Origin: Fistulifera solaris
Lineage: Eukaryota
NCBI GenBank assembly: GCA_030295235.1
Contig: AP026167.1
Location: 186,001 to 250,000, forward strand
Reading direction: 5' to 3'
DNA: 64,000 nucleotides
Shown one piece after another: positions 35,846 through 52,551 of the stretch; the stretch's first letter is position 1; each line of letters starts with the position of its first letter. A program made the position numbers and the translations under genes. A model generated the notes under the pieces. The model had not been told where the DNA came from and did no database searches. It worked only from the letters and a program-made list of their open reading frames with translations.

Positions 35846-37720
35846 ATGAAATCTCCCGTCCTTTTTTGTGTGCTGGGCACGCTAATCGTATTTGTTACGC
35901 TGAATGTCTACCAGACGGCTTCTTGGATACCTCATCCTTCAGCGACTTTGACGCGAGATTCTTTTACAGACTTTGTATCGAAGGCCGTGGATATTCAAAC
36001 CAAGACGGAAGAAGAAGTTGAAAAGAACGAGGAACGGTCATATGACGAAGAGAAGGGACTGCCTGTCGACATTGGTCGACTCAAACATCACGGTTTCGAT
36101 CATCGGGTCGCTGGATTGTCCTGTCCTGCCTATCCGGGCTTGAATGAAGCACTCTATCAGCAAGTACAAGAAGAAATTACCTACTGGCGTGATATTCCGG
36201 CGGATTCACTTACGACGAGTCCCTATCAGTGTGTTGGCAGTCAACAACAAAAGAAAAAATATTTAACCTTTGAACCGGATGAAGGTGGATGGAACAATAT
36301 TCGCATTGCCCTCGAAACTGTCGTGGCCATGGCCGTCGTCATGGGACGCGTCCTCGTCTTACCACCGTCGCAAGAGTTTTCGCGCATGTCGACACATTTG
36401 GGGTATGATGATTTTTATCACTTGGCATCGATTCAAAGTGAATTGGCAAGTCTGGAAGTCATTACCTTTCAGGATTTTTTTGGAGCGCGAAGTTGTGACG
36501 GGTCGTATCTTGGCCGATCCAATCACCGGAAAACCCATACAACCTCCCGGAGGACGCACCGATTGGAATGGATTGTTAAAAAATTACGAATCTGCGAAAC
36601 AAGGACACGGTTCGACGTTGTGGAATTGGTGGCGAGGCGTAGCGACGCCATTGTTGTGGGATTATGGAGAATGCATCGCTGTTTTTCCGGAACCGACCGG
36701 ATCTCGTGAGGAATGTGCGGAAACGAGGGGATGGAGGTATACGACGGAAGAAGATGAAAATCGCGTTCAGCGATATTTGATTCAAATTGAGGCCGAGGAT
36801 GCGGCTCGGATGCAAAAACGCCCTAATGACAAACGACCGGCGTGGGCGGTGCGTGTTGAAACGTACAACAACCGTCCTACCCCCATCGATGCTCCACCTG
36901 TCCAACGCATGGGGGAAATTTTGGCACATCGATCGAAACTTTGTATTTACAATCACATACTGCAACAAGAGCCTGTGTTACACGCCATGGGAGAACAGAT
37001 TGGGACCCGATTCCTGGTCCATTTTTATGCGTTTTTATTCTTGGAGGATTGGCGACACGACGTTTGGTTAAAGCGCTTTGTACGGGATCATTTGCGGTAC
37101 GTCGATGAGATTCAATGTGCGGCCGCCCGAGTCGTGGCCAAATTACACGAATTTGCCCATGACGATCAATCCAATCCGACGGGATCATACGACACGATGC
37201 ACGTGCGTCGTGGCGATTTCATTCGTTTTACAAACAAACGGTACAATCCGGAGAACAATTGTACGAGGATCACGTCAAACAAGTGATTGCGGAAAATCGT
37301 ACCATTTACATTGCCACGGATGAACAGGATAAGAAATACTTTGAAACGCTGGGGAGACACAACAAGTTATACTATTTGGAGGATTTCAAGGATTTGCTGA
37401 AGGACGTGAATCCCAACTATTTTGGTATGCTCGATCAACTGATTGCCTCGACCGGTGACGTATTCATCGGAACATTTTACAGCACTTTCTCAGGTTTTAT
37501 CAACCGTCTGCGTGGTTATCGATCACAAAAAGCGCAACTTCCGGGCTACGAATTGGGCGGAATTAAGAGTTATTACACTTTTGGAGACAAAGGTCTCACT
37601 TACGCTCGATCCATGATGTTGACTTATAGGAGCGTACGACAAGCCTTCTGGACGAATGAATTCCCAGTGGGCTGGAGGGATTTGGATTACGGATTGCATG
37701 AAGACAGCATAAAGCGATAG
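35846..37720 (+). CDS. GDP-fucose O-fucosyltransferase-family glycosyltransferase, paralogue 1; frameshifts near 36480 and 37225
   Basis: Type II membrane N-terminus, YLTFEPDEGGWNNIRIA, GRVLVLPP, HVRRGDF, IYIATDE, DQLIAS...FIGTFYSTFSGFINRLRG. Confidence 0.85.
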
Positions 37721-38251
37721 TCCATTGTAAAGGGGGCGCCGCAACTTGGGAAATGTATGACGTATGACATAACGACAGTCATTGTCATCTAACAGGTGAC
37801 GATAAGTTTGACAAGTTAATCACAGCCAGCTCGATCGTCGGATCACTCAATGAGGCATCAGAAACGTCGATCGTCAACCCAAGAATATTTAGTTTAAAAG
37901 GTAAACGTCCTATCCCAGCTGCATGATGAAATTACAGTAAAGGTACTTGTAGCTGCTCGGAAGTGAATCGGAGTTTTCTGGTCAGAGTGTATTTCCAGGA
38001 AACATTGGAAGATTACTACCAGGTGCAAGTACCAGGTGTACAATACTTGTATAGCGAGCTTTCGGGCATACGCAATTTCTGGTAATCTTACGGTCGTTTA
38101 CCGAAGGCGAACTTCCAAAACCAAAAAAATCGACCATGGACGCTCCGAAGGAAGAAGGATCGATTTATAATAGTATTGCATTTCTTCTTCGCTTTCTTTA
38201 TTCAGTCATTCACCTTACGTGAACCCGCTTAACGAGAGGAAACACAATAGA

Positions 38252-40125
38252 ATGGAAACAAATATCGCAGCATCGTCAAGACGCAAAAGCCACCGTGCGT
38301 TCTTTGCCATTCTCATTTCCGTCGTCTTTTCCGTCTCGTACAATTTCTCGAGATTCCGTTCCTGGAAGCCCTTGGAAGAGAATAGTAATAGTCTCCATGA
38401 ATCCCTCGTCACGGATAACAAACCCAAAGTAGCCGGTTTATCGTGTCCTGCGTTTCCGTTGCTGGAGCAAAGTCAATTCGAAGCCGCCCAACAGGAATTA
38501 GTTTATTGGAGAGACATTCCGGACGATTCGCAGCTCGTGAGTCCTTATAAATGCCCTAGCCACGGCAACCAGACCCGAAAATTCTTAACTTTCGAACCGG
38601 ACGAAGGAGGATGGAACAATGCCCGTATGGCGGCGGAAACCGCCATTACCATGGCCATTGCTATGGGGCGTGTCTTGGTATTACCACCGACAACGACCAT
38701 GTATTTGTTGTGGGAAACGACCAAAACCTCCAAAAAGACGCATTTTGGTTTCATGGACTTTTTTCCGCTCGAGTTGTTGCAAGACGAATTGGCCGGATTG
38801 GAAATTATGACCTTTCAGGAATTTTTAGAACAAGAAGTGTTGACGGGTCACGTTTTGGCCAATCCTCATACAGGAGAACCGTTGCAACCACCGGGTGGGA
38901 AAACGAAATGGGATGGAAGTCTCAATAATTGGGAATCGGGTCGACAGGGAAATGGACAAGAGTTGTGGCAATGGTGGAGAAGTGTAGCCACTCCGTTGCC
39001 GTGGAAGTATTATGAATGCACGGCCGTTTTTCCGAAACCCAGTCATGAATGTGATGGCCCAACGCCGTGGAATGCGGTCACCGAAGTCGATGAACAACGG
39101 ATGCGGGATTATATGCAACAAATTTTGCAACAGGAACCCGACGGTTCCCCGCAACCCCGCATCCGTTCCTACGACGGCAATCCCACCGCGGTGGATGCTT
39201 CCCCACTCGACCGCCTCGCCGAGATTGTGGCCGATCGACGTCAACTTTGTATCTACGATCGAAACTTGCAAGAGGCTTCCGTCTTGCATGCCATGGGACA
39301 GCAATCGGAAAGTACGACTCGTTTTTTGGTGCATTTCTATGCGTTTGTGTTTATGGAAGATTGGCGACACGATATTTGGTTGAAGCGACTGGTCCGTGAT
39401 CATTTGAGGTTCGTGTCGTCGAAACAGTTTAGGGTTTTGAGTAGTTTGGTTTGTGACTAATTGCATTGCTTTCTCTCCCTCTCCTTATTTGCAGATACGT
39501 TGATGAAATACAGTGCGCCGCCAGTCGTATTGTTGCGTCTTTGCATGAGAAAGCATACAATGCTGAAACGAATCCGGAGGGATTGTACCATTCGATGCAC
39601 GTACGACGTGGTGACTTTCAACGGGCCTACGTGCAAGTTGTCATTCCTGGTGAAGCATTGTACGAAGAACATGTGAAAGATGTGTTTGAAGAAAAGAGCA
39701 CCATTTACATTGCGACGGATGAGAAGGATGCTACCTACTTTGCCCCGTTGGCGCAACACTACAATCTATTCTTTATGAGAGATTTTATGCATCTTTTGGA
39801 AGATGTGAATCCAAATTACTTTGGGATGATCGATCAGGTCGTAGCATCCACCGGGCAAGTTTTCATCGGGACGTATCTGAGTACTTTCAGTGGATACATC
39901 AACCGATTGCGCGGATATCGTACACGGAAAAACAATCCAAAGGAGATTACAACAGGCAACTTGAGAAGTTTTTACTATTACGGTATACCAGAATATGCCG
40001 ACAAGAAGAAACTCATGCAAAGGTATCACAGCGTAGAACAAGCATTTTGGACACACGAATTCCCCGTCGGCTGGCGTGATTTGGATCATGGCGTGACCAA
40101 TGTATTGGATAGGCGACGGATATAG
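38252..40125 (+). CDS. GDP-fucose O-fucosyltransferase-family glycosyltransferase, paralogue 2; intron 39409-39494
   Basis: Same motifs as paralogue 1 (GGWNNARMA, HVRRGDF, IYIATDE, STFSGYINRLRG); spliced DHLR/YVDEIQCAA. Confidence 0.88.
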
Positions 40126-40200
40126 ACTCGCTGTTCTAGCATGAACTGTTGTTAATAAAGTAATGTTAGCTATTTTTACATAAATTCGGAAGATCGTTGT

Positions 40201-42245
40201 CTACGTTAGACCATAAGCCATCGCCGCCGCTCGAATAGTTGCCGATGCCACAAGCAGATTCGGATCATTCAGCCACCCGGTTGGTTGAAGGGCATTCCAG
40301 ACTTCCGTAAACATATCGGTCGGTGATGCCGAAAAGCGAGGTTGCTCAAATGGTGTTGTGGCCGAAAGTAGCAACAGGAATTTGTTCCCTATGAAATCAA
40401 GAACATATTCTCCAAACAGGTGATCGATTTGCAAAAGTGGAGGCCACAGTGTCACAACATTTGTCAGTATTGTCTTGATTCGGTAAAGCTGCCCAATCGT
40501 AGCGTACTGCAAGGCCATATTTTCTGCGTTCGCATCCATTTGACTCTCCGAAGCAACTTGTTTCTGAGCAATGGAAGAAGGGATCGGAATAGCTATTCGC
40601 GCCAAGACCATGCGAATATAGTCGACAAAGGACGTCTTCAATGCGGCTGCCACTGCACTTTGGGGTGATAAAAACGGCTCCACGTGTCGAAGAAATGTAC
40701 TCATAGTTTTCACGTCTTTCGTCGAGCAGATATTAAAGCCATTTTTAGAGAGTACACTTTGAACTGCTGGAAGGACACTTTTATCCAGCAAGCGCTCAAT
40801 AGCAATCTCATCTAAAAGTCCCAACGCCTGCGCGGAACGAATCACTGTTGTCCATTTTGCTTCATTGTATCCCTCGGACTCATTCCAAGGATCATTCAAT
40901 TCACAAAGCTCAGCACGTACTAGAACACTGGCAAGGTCAGCTAGACTTAGACCAGCATAACACTGCTTGTATTCGGCTGCGTAATCCTTTTCCAAACGGC
41001 AAAATCGTCCACCAGCCATTGCAACTTTGTGAATTTTTCATCCAAACTTACTAGTGCCACCGAAAGCGCTTCTTGTAATGCCGAGTGTCTTTCCCGAAAT
41101 TCTTCTTGTTCATTGTCACTCAGAAGAGAATCCAATTCGTCCCCTCGTGGAATTTGCTGGCGCTCTTCCGCTATCATTTGAAGATGCCTCATTCGTTTCT
41201 CTCGTTGCAGCGATTGTTGCGATTGAACATTGCGTCCAAATTCATCCACATGAGGCAAGTCAGCGAGCGGTTCGGCCGGTTGACGCCCCAGAACTTTCAT
41301 CAAACGTCCCTGTTTTTTCAAGTAGTAGGTCATGTCATCTTCCAAATCATGCCAACGCTCCAAAGCCGCCACATCTGCCTGTAACTGGTACAAGGCATCC
41401 TGTATCGGCCGTACTTTCGTTTGCAATTCCCGCATAGCCCCGATCCACATGGCCAGTTTCTGACGCAACCGTTGAAAGTATTCAAAGGCGGCACCGGAAC
41501 GTTCGAGTTCTTTTCGGGAGCGACGCAGATCTTCTTCCAGTAGTTGAACTTGCTGTTCTCGACGTTCCCGCGCTTGGAGGACATTTTCTTGCTGCGCACG
41601 AATTTGCCGAATGGCGTGCGTAATGTTGTCTTGTAGATTCTGTAGTGACGGATGGGTCGGTGACACGGTGGATGGTGGCATGATGGAAATTCCCGCCCGC
41701 CGTGCAACTTCCTTCTCCCAGTCTTGTACATCGGTACTGTCCACATTGAAATCACCGTCCATTTCCACATCATTCGTGTCCTCATTACTATTTTCCAAGA
41801 AGAAGGCTTCTTCGCCTGTCAAGATGCGAGTGTTGGATGATGATGATTCGTTGGGCTCCTGGAGTGAGATGAACTGCTGCTGCTGTTCCTCCTCTTTTGT
41901 TGGTTGTAAAGGAACTGCCGTTGTTGACTCCTCCTCTGGTCGGTGGTAAAAATTCTGTTCCGCTTTTAATTGAGCCATGGCATCCTTACTATACAGAGAC
42001 GACGACGACGATGTTTGTGCCTTGACTGGAAATAAAGACGACGTAAAATCTTCTGGTTCATTGTCGTCATCTTTAGTCACACGAACTTTTCGTACCAGCG
42101 TTCTTCGTCTCTTGTTTTGTGTTCGATTCCTTTTTTGTATGTGACGAATCACAGTCTCGTCATCTTTATCATCATCATCATTCTCGAGCGAACGAGTAAG
42201 ACGATTCTGGATCGTATTCTTCGGTTTGATGGGTTTTCGGAACAT
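40201..42245 (-). CDS. PAXBP1/GCFC2 (Ntr2-like) spliceosome-disassembly-related protein; frameshift near 40990
   Basis: YSKDAMAQLKAEQ, WEKEVARRAG, coiled coil with YFQRLR, VDEFGRN, and the GCFC-like segment WK..YAAEYKQCYAGLSLADLASVLVRAEL. Confidence 0.7.
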
Positions 42246-42762
42246 GATGAATTGTTGTGAAATGTTTGAGAATAATTATTATTCTTATTATTTGTCTTTA
42301 GATTTGTCAAAACAAAAACTGGGATTGGTTGTGATGAATATCTTCTCTTTTTGTTTTTTTATGGATTGTGTGTGGTTTCTTCTTCACCTTGCCTTCATTT
42401 ACTATTATTTCACAAAATAAATAATATGGGAAGAAGGAATGAGAATGGAATGCGAAGTCTTATTGGGTGGCACAACAGTTCTCATTTTCAACAAACAATA
42501 AAAAAAAGCAAACCAGCAAACAAGCAAACAACCACTTACAAGTACTGTATTTATTTAACATCTTTTCTATTCGTGTCGCAGTTACGCCAGGAATGGCAAT
42601 CACGCACGCACGAATGAACTAAAGCTGTCTGTCTATGCATCCGTGCCATTCATTCACGAAGGAATACGTTCCGGCGGGACCCATTTCATTCCATGCTCTT
42701 CGCTGACTTTCTTTCTCCGTGCGGACGGATGTATGTAGGGTAGCGAGTAGCGAGATAGATAG

Positions 42763-45584
<2,822 letters not shown>

Positions 45585-45764
45585 ATACTAGGCCCCCGGG
45601 AACGAAGATGCTCGATCTGCATCTTCGTATAGTTGTCTTTAGACCTGAAATTCTAATAAAAACTGATTGATGATTATACTTGACTCTTTACATATTATAC
45701 ATAAAATCCTAGATATTCATTGATATTCTGCGCAGAAAGGTCAGCTAGTTGCACATGAAATTCT

Positions 45765-47968
45765 TCATACAAAAGGACTCGGGTAAGGCCGACCGTTCTG
45801 GCCAGCCACCATAGCTAGTCGGAGATCAATCGCATCCAAAGCACCCGGCCATACTTCCCTCCATGCATTTCTCATTTCTCGGCTCAGATCAGGATGATTC
45901 TGTTCAAAGTCAACTGGGCTTGCGGCAAAGCAAACGATGACCGTGTTGACAGAACTACTAATGACACCAAACAGTACACTCGTCAGAACTAGCCCGATTA
46001 TGCACCCCTCCACAAACGACACGAGACCTGGCTCCTCCAAAGACGTTACATGTAATCGATCCAACTGGGATATTAAATGTGCGAAGCATCCCGTTACGCC
46101 ACCGATCACAATGCTGACGATGAGAAGAATATTGGGCACGAGATCATCCGACACAATGACTGTCCACCCCCGCTTATCAAATAGCACGGATGCATTGTAG
46201 CTTGCATCCAAGAATCCATATCCGTAAAGTCCAACGTATGTAAAACCCCACGAACTAAAGTTTGACGCAATGTCGTCGATGCAGGATGTCAACATTGATC
46301 GAATGCAGTGCAAACATTCGTGAAGGCACAGTAGGGACTCATCCGCAGCAGACGGTCGAATAAACCCAGAAAGTTGGCGTAAGACACGTACTGGGCCAAC
46401 AAATAAGCTTCCAAAGCAAATTGAGCCCATGTGGTGAAAAACGTCTTGAAGCAAGATTGTCGAACATGGTGAGGATTTGTGGGGTCGTACCACCATCCTC
46501 CAATAACTGCTGCTGTTGCGGTTTGCACCGAATTCTACACAGATTTTTAGTGCACGTTTGTCGACAATCTATGTTGCCTTCCAGACTTGAACTTACCAAC
46601 AACACCTGGAAGGTCCAATAGTACGAGACACCCAACATCCCATAAACGATAAAGTGGGCACTCGTAGGGATGGCCATTTTGCCTTCTTTCAAAGCGTCAT
46701 ATACCCCAAAGACCACAATCGAGTAATAGACCGAATACACAAGAGCCAGTCCCTGGAAACAGAACGCGACTACGATCGTTCCAGGATACGCGTGTACTCC
46801 CCGCAATGCAGTTATCAAGTTGGCCGAGGCAAATGGAATACGATCCCAAACAATAAACGTGTAGGCGACCGTGAGTGCCAAAACGATCACACCCGTCACC
46901 GGTACCACGGTCTTGGGACTGACGTAGATCCCAACGGTTCCCCACAGGAAACTGAGCCCCAGCACCGTGACGAGCGCTATTTGCACAAAGAAGCGGGCAA
47001 ACAAAGTCATAACACCCAACATTAATGAGGACAGAGCCACCGTAAATGGTCCACAGAGCATCGCAATGAACACCAAGTTTTGATAATAAATAGTGACCGT
47101 ATCTCCATCGGACAGACTGCTGTCAATCGGTTCGTGTTGCTGGATCGTTGTTGTGTTACCAAACAAGTCGGTCGGCGTCATGGCGGCATGCCGTGCCGCT
47201 CGTAGAGTTTCCTTGCCGTACAGCGAGCCGACATGGAATACCATCAGTAAATGAAAGACAAACAACAGCAGAAAGAACACATCCCGACAGGCGGACGGCT
47301 GAGGTATCCCTTTGACATCTTCCACCCACATTTGAGCCGTGTGTTCTCGCAGCAGTCGTTTCCGTTCCGATTCCGGATGCTGTTTTTGGTGGCTAAAAGA
47401 CTGCCTCTCCTTTGTCCTGCGATAGTTGCGGTGACAGTCGCCACGCTTTGCGTGTTTCCATGTTTGGAGAAACCGAGGTCACCGAACGGCGTCGTTCCCC
47501 ACGGAGTCCGCCGGCCAAGGTCATAAAATCATTGCGCGGTGAAAATCCTGGTTGCTTGGAATTATCGAACGAGCCTCGTTCCGAAATTCCTTGTTCCGAC
47601 CAAAATGCCCCGTATTCCCCCCGATGACAGTGTCCGACGATGCTGATTATTGTTTTGGTGGAGTAAATGTCGTTCCGAAGCATACTGGCGTTGCAACGCC
47701 AGGAGTGGATTACCGGACGAGGCGGTGCTGCTATAGGAGGACGTGCATATCCACCGGACCATGAATGTGTGCGATGATGATGATGATGATGTCCCTGCTG
47801 CGGAAAGTAATTCTGTTTCGGGGCCGACGCAGGATGATGAACCACATATTCGGCTTGACTTTGAACGACGTGTGGTATTTCGTCACTGTTGGTTCTGGAT
47901 CTCGACGACTTGCGTCTCTGAGTATCCATCCGTGGAATCGAAATGGGTTGTGTATTGTTGCTCGTCAT
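45765..47968 (-). CDS. Choline transporter-like (CTL/SLC44/PNS1) protein with disordered N-terminus; intron 46535-46596; frameshifts
   Basis: CRDVFFLLLF, DRIPFASANL, YYWTFQVL|NSVQTATAAVIGGWW, GSICFGSL, WGFTYVGLYGYGF, and SSVNTVIVCFA. Confidence 0.88.
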
Positions 47969-48091
47969 GGATTTTCGAGATCGACAAGAAGAATGACGTA
48001 GGCAATCAAGTATGTGTGTGTGTGTGTTGATTGCAAAGTCAATATTTGACGGTGTCCTAATTTAGGATATTCGACTGCTGAATAAAAGACG

Positions 48092-48154
48092 TCTTCTTCT
48101 TCTTCTTCTTCTTCTTCTTCTTCTTCTTCTTCTTCTTCTTCTTCTTCTTCTTCT
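48092..48154. repeat. (TCT)21 / (AGA)21 microsatellite about 125 bp upstream of the CTL start
   Basis: Perfect trinucleotide run read directly. Confidence 0.95.
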
Positions 48155-49097
48155 TTTCCTCCTTGTCGTCAGTACTTTCTTATGATTGTTGATCTAGTCA
48201 GTCATGTAACTGTCTTGTGCAAAAGGAAACGATTATCCAACAAGAAAACAGATTGGATACATCACGGAACGAAAGTGTCACGATGACATATTATTTTTTT
48301 ACTCCGTATTTTTTTTTTCGTTGGGATGTTTTCTTTTCTCAACGCTGGTGCGTCGAATGCTTCTGCGACATGAATAGAATTCGAAGGACGCGTTTTCGTC
48401 ATTCGAGTGGCCAGGCCAGCGCGCGGGCAATCATTGTGGGGGCTCAAACGGGACATCCATTCAAAGTACAAAAATGTACTAACGACTTTGGTTTGAATGA
48501 AGTGAAAATTCGGGTGGCCTTTGCACAACAGTTACGTGATGCCACGAACGGATCAAATTTCCGTTGTCAAACCGTAGAGAGTGAAACACAAACTTCGAAT
48601 CATGTAAATACGAAACGTGAGCCGAATTTTTCATCCGCCGGTCCGACTGGATATACGATCATTTTGTAGACCCGAAAACGAGAAGCTTCTATGTCATGGT
48701 ATTTGAATGTTCGTTCGGTCACGCCAGCATTCTTGCCACTCGTCTCCGCCCTTTTTGTTGGCTGCAACGACACTACGTGCACCTCTCATTGTATGCTCAC
48801 CAAACTTTGGCCCAAACAAAAGACCACCTTCATTCATTCGTATCTTTCACGTTTCCTCTGTGACCAGAGAGGAGGAGTCTTTCTTTTGAGCGTACCAGTG
48901 ACATTATAACTGAGAATACTGCAGAAGCGATTTCCCACTGGAGTTACGCCTCCCTTCATCCTGAGATACAAGAAAAACAGCTACGTTTATCAACCGTATG
49001 CCCTTCTCATTTTAGGTCTTTTGAAGATAGTTTTATTTCACAACAATACGCGCTAATTCGCTACTTTCTGATCCTCGAAATCAATCACGTCGAATTT

Positions 49098-50030
49098 ATG
49101 AACAAATCATCAAATAATCGAAACAGTCCTACAACTGTGCCGGAGAAACCTTCCGGGAATCCTCTCACCGCCGCTCGGGAACGATTTCAAACGTCCGCTC
49201 GTGAGCTCGTTCGGACCCTCGAAGATGTACATCGGAGGCCGACACTGCGAGAGGGTGCTGCCTCCATTGAACAGGCCTTTCGTGTCATGTTCCGGTCTTG
49301 TACGGGAGGAGAAACACAGGAAGACGAACCGGAGGACCTGCAATTGCAAACCATTACGCCAATCAAAGACAGTGTTGTTTCACAAAAGAACATTGTGACT
49401 CCCCCCACCGTATCGATAGATCCATCTCCGCGCAGTAGACGCACGAGTAATATCAGTTCCTCTCAACATCGAGGCGAAGACATATATGCTCAATTATTTC
49501 GTGATGATGCGGGTCGAGTCGCAGAAGCGCAACGAACTCCCGAACCTCGACTACTCTCGAAACCATTTCCCCTCTCCACACCCCGACGTTCGAGTTCGGC
49601 ACCCTCCCAAGAATTGCACGTTCCGGCCAGTTTGACGTTCGATGACGCCATTTCCGCCATTTCTGCGCACACTTTGGAGGCCATGGTCGACCCGCCCCGT
49701 CCAGCCTGGCACCCTTCCGAACCGTTGGTGCGAATACGGAGTTCAGGCAATGATAGTCGATTCAGTTTACCCTCCAAGGGGAATAACAGTCGTCAAAGTA
49801 AAACGACACACACCACCGAGTCGACTGGTTCCAGCTTTGATGTATGGCAAGCACACGAACAGAAGTTTTGGGATGATATGGTCCATCAAGATCGGCATCC
49901 TCATGATAGCTTCCCAACCGTCTTTGATGAAAATCCATTTATACAACCAATCATCGTACGAGAAGATATCAGTTATCTGGCTCCGGGGACCGAAGAGGAT
50001 TACGTTCACGCCGATATGGGTGAAATCTAA
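49098..50030 (+). CDS. Hypothetical Ser/Pro-rich, probably disordered protein (310 aa)
   Basis: Uninterrupted ATG-initiated ORF flanked by AT-rich spacers; short conserved-looking segment FDDAISAISAHTLEAM; no family recognised. Confidence 0.65.
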   Translation: MNKSSNNRNSPTTVPEKPSGNPLTAARERFQTSARELVRTLEDVHRRPTLREGAASIEQAFRVMFRSCTGGETQEDEPEDLQLQTITPIKDSVVSQKNIVTPPTVSIDPSPRSRRTSNISSSQHRGEDIYAQLFRDDAGRVAEAQRTPEPRLLSKPFPLSTPRRSSSAPSQELHVPASLTFDDAISAISAHTLEAMVDPPRPAWHPSEPLVRIRSSGNDSRFSLPSKGNNSRQSKTTHTTESTGSSFDVWQAHEQKFWDDMVHQDRHPHDSFPTVFDENPFIQPIIVREDISYLAPGTEEDYVHADMGEI

Positions 50031-50375
50031 CGAGAGCTCATCTCGTTTTGACTAAATGCCGCAGTACTACTAACTGAGATAAAAATACCAAAAGTCTTGT
50101 ATTTATTGCTTTGCGTAAAGGCTACTTGTTAGTTCATAAAGGTGACGAAGTCATGCGCTGTATTTGCCGCGACAAGTGGGGTTGTGGAAACCTCTAACAA
50201 TACACAGACACAACACCAAAGAGCTGAAGTGATACGCATCAAGCAAACCATTTAGTTTCTCATATAGTTGTTCACAAATGATTATTAAAATTTAAAGCGA
50301 ATGTCCTTTCAGGACAAAGCGATGGACTCGATTATACAATGACTAATTTGACAAGGGACAAATGCTAAAAGTGTG

Positions 50376-51737
50376 TCATAGATGAGAGCTTCGGTGCGTG
50401 TTGATACCCTGCACAATTTCTTCCACCGGACGTCCGCGGAAAGCAATATCATGGATGGTACTTATCAAGGGAAACTGACTCAATACTCCGCGCGATTCGA
50501 GAAGAGCATAGACTTCTTTTGCGGTAGGTGTTCCTTGAAGCTTCTGACCATTCAACATGTTGCGTTCAATGATCTCCCACAACCTTTCACATTCGCTACA
50601 GGAGGACGACATGATAATATCATCATCATCATCTTGAGGACTGGCGGCTTTAAATGCCTGTAAGCGCTCTTTCGCAAACGCTTCTGCGCATTTTCGATTG
50701 CGCCCACCATAGCACGTTGTGATCAAATCGGCCATGCCACAGCTCTCGGTGAAGGTCCGATCTTGCACGCCATCGAAGAACATGTGACAAAATTGCGCCA
50801 TTTCCCGCAAACCGACGCGCAACAAGGCCGCCTTGGTATTACTACCCAATCCGACTCCGTCGACAAACCCGGCCCCCAACGCAATGACATTCTTCAAGGC
50901 CCCACACACTTCGGCGCCCGCCACATCGGGGACATGATCGACGCGAAAGGTGGGTGTATCAAAGACGAGACGCGTCAATTCATCGGCCGGTGGACCAAAG
51001 TCCGACGCCAAGGTGGATTCACACATTTGTCCCAAAGCCACTTCGTTGGCCACGTTGGCCCCCATGAGGACGCCGCACGAGAAATTGGCACCCATGGCGT
51101 CCGCAATCGACTGGGAAATGAGGACGGGTAACTTGGTTTGGGCATCAAAATCTAAGCAAAGGATATGAGTTTCCGAGTCTGCTCGTGAAAAGTTGAGAAT
51201 CAGCACAACACTCGAAAACGTACCAAGACCTTTAATGAGACTGACGCCGCGACAATTGGGGTGCGCGGCTTGTCGAATCGTCGGAAGCAATCGCGGCAAA
51301 AATTGATGTGGCAACACAAAAATCAATAGAGTCGCACCCTGACAGGCTTCTTCCAGCGAAGATACGGCGACAACGTTGCTCGGCAAACGAATGCCGGGCA
51401 AGTATTTGATGTTTTCGTGATGCGTGTTAATATAATCGGTGAGTTTGACTTTGTTACCGAGCTGGTCTTCGATTATTTCTTCAAAGACCCACATATTGAC
51501 ATCGTCTTCATAATAAGGAAGACGTTGACAGTTTCTTCCGACAATGTTGGCAATGGCGGATCCCCAATTGCCACTTCCAATGATGCAGACCTTTGGAGAA
51601 AGAGTAGGCGGCAAACGAAGAAGAAAGCGTTTAGTGATTGCACGACGAAACAAACTTACAATGACAACAGGACGTACCTTTTCGAGCTGTTCGCTGCTCG
51701 TTTGTGGATTGCTATCCATCATATGAGGAGTAGTCAT
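50376..51737 (-). CDS. GPD1: NAD+-dependent glycerol-3-phosphate dehydrogenase; introns 51591-51677 and 51152-51223
   Basis: [71 protein letters not shown], and GQKLQG. Confidence 0.96.
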   Translation of the reverse strand: MTTPHMMDSNPQTSSEQLEKVRPVVIVSLFRRAITKRFLLRLPPTLSPKVCIIGSGNWGSAIANIVGRNCQRLPYYEDDVNMWVFEEIIEDQLGNKVKLTDYINTHHENIKYLPGIRLPSNVVAVSSLEEACQGATLLIFVLPHQFLPRLLPTIRQAAHPNCRGVSLIKGLGTFSSVVLILNFSRADSETHILCLDFDAQTKLPVLISQSIADAMGANFSCGVLMGANVANEVALGQMCESTLASDFGPPADELTRLVFDTPTFRVDHVPDVAGAEVCGALKNVIALGAGFVDGVGLGSNTKAALLRVGLREMAQFCHMFFDGVQDRTFTESCGMADLITTCYGGRNRKCAEAFAKERLQAFKAASPQDDDDDIIMSSSCSECERLWEIIERNMLNGQKLQGTPTAKEVYALLESRGVLSQFPLISTIHDIAFRGRPVEEIVQGINTHRSSHL

Positions 51738-52551
51738 TATAGCTTGTGATGTTTGTTGCAGATTGCGGGGCAGCTGGTTCTTTGCAGACAACGACGAATA
51801 AATGTCGTTGTAGGAATGATTCTGATGACCACCGGTAATGTTCAACAGCAGCGAAGGAGGATAGTCGACCAGCAGCAAGGATGCAATCCACCCAAAGGTC
51901 TTTATCAAAGGAATGAAGAGGTGAGAAAGAAGGAAGTGCACCCCGCCCGAATGAATAGCAAGAAGGAGGAAAAAAAGAGAGTTCTTTTTCGTTTCAAAAA
52001 GGCCTGACTGCTTTTTTTACAGTCGGCTTCCATCTCACGCACCGCGCCGCCAAAAACTGTGGAGGTGACTGTACCCGAAGCTCCGTACTCCATCTACGTA
52101 TGTACAAAAATGACGTAAGTCCTTCCGACGACCGACGCACAAACGAAATTCGGAGGTCAGCGAAATTCTGATCCTCACCCTTATCGGATGAACATGCTCG
52201 CAGTGGATTATCATTATTTATTATTTGGAAACTTAACTCACCAACATGCACCCCAAAGAAAAGCAGCTGCAATTAAATGAGAAAAGATTGCTTATGATTT
52301 TACATAAAAGATGAGAGAACAAGGTTTTTTTATGGACAAATTGTTCGTAGATAATGGGATGGACGATGGACGCGATGGATAAAATATTTTCATTATTTTT
52401 TTTGCGACCGGCTGACACCCGTCGGTCTGTAGTACGGTGCGAATGTCGTATGGAAACGCAACAACAAAACGCATAGCGAGTGCAGCACTCAAATAATAAT
52501 CAAGCACAAAAGACTTGCGGATTGTTCCCTGTTGTTTTCTACTTTCGAACA

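Noticed and set aside
48217..48909. ORFs in the CTL-49098 spacer and similar short ORFs at 2230-3092, 42226-42972 and 51905-52552
   Set aside because: They have mostly non-ATG starts, low-complexity AT-rich composition and no recognisable motifs; likely non-coding.
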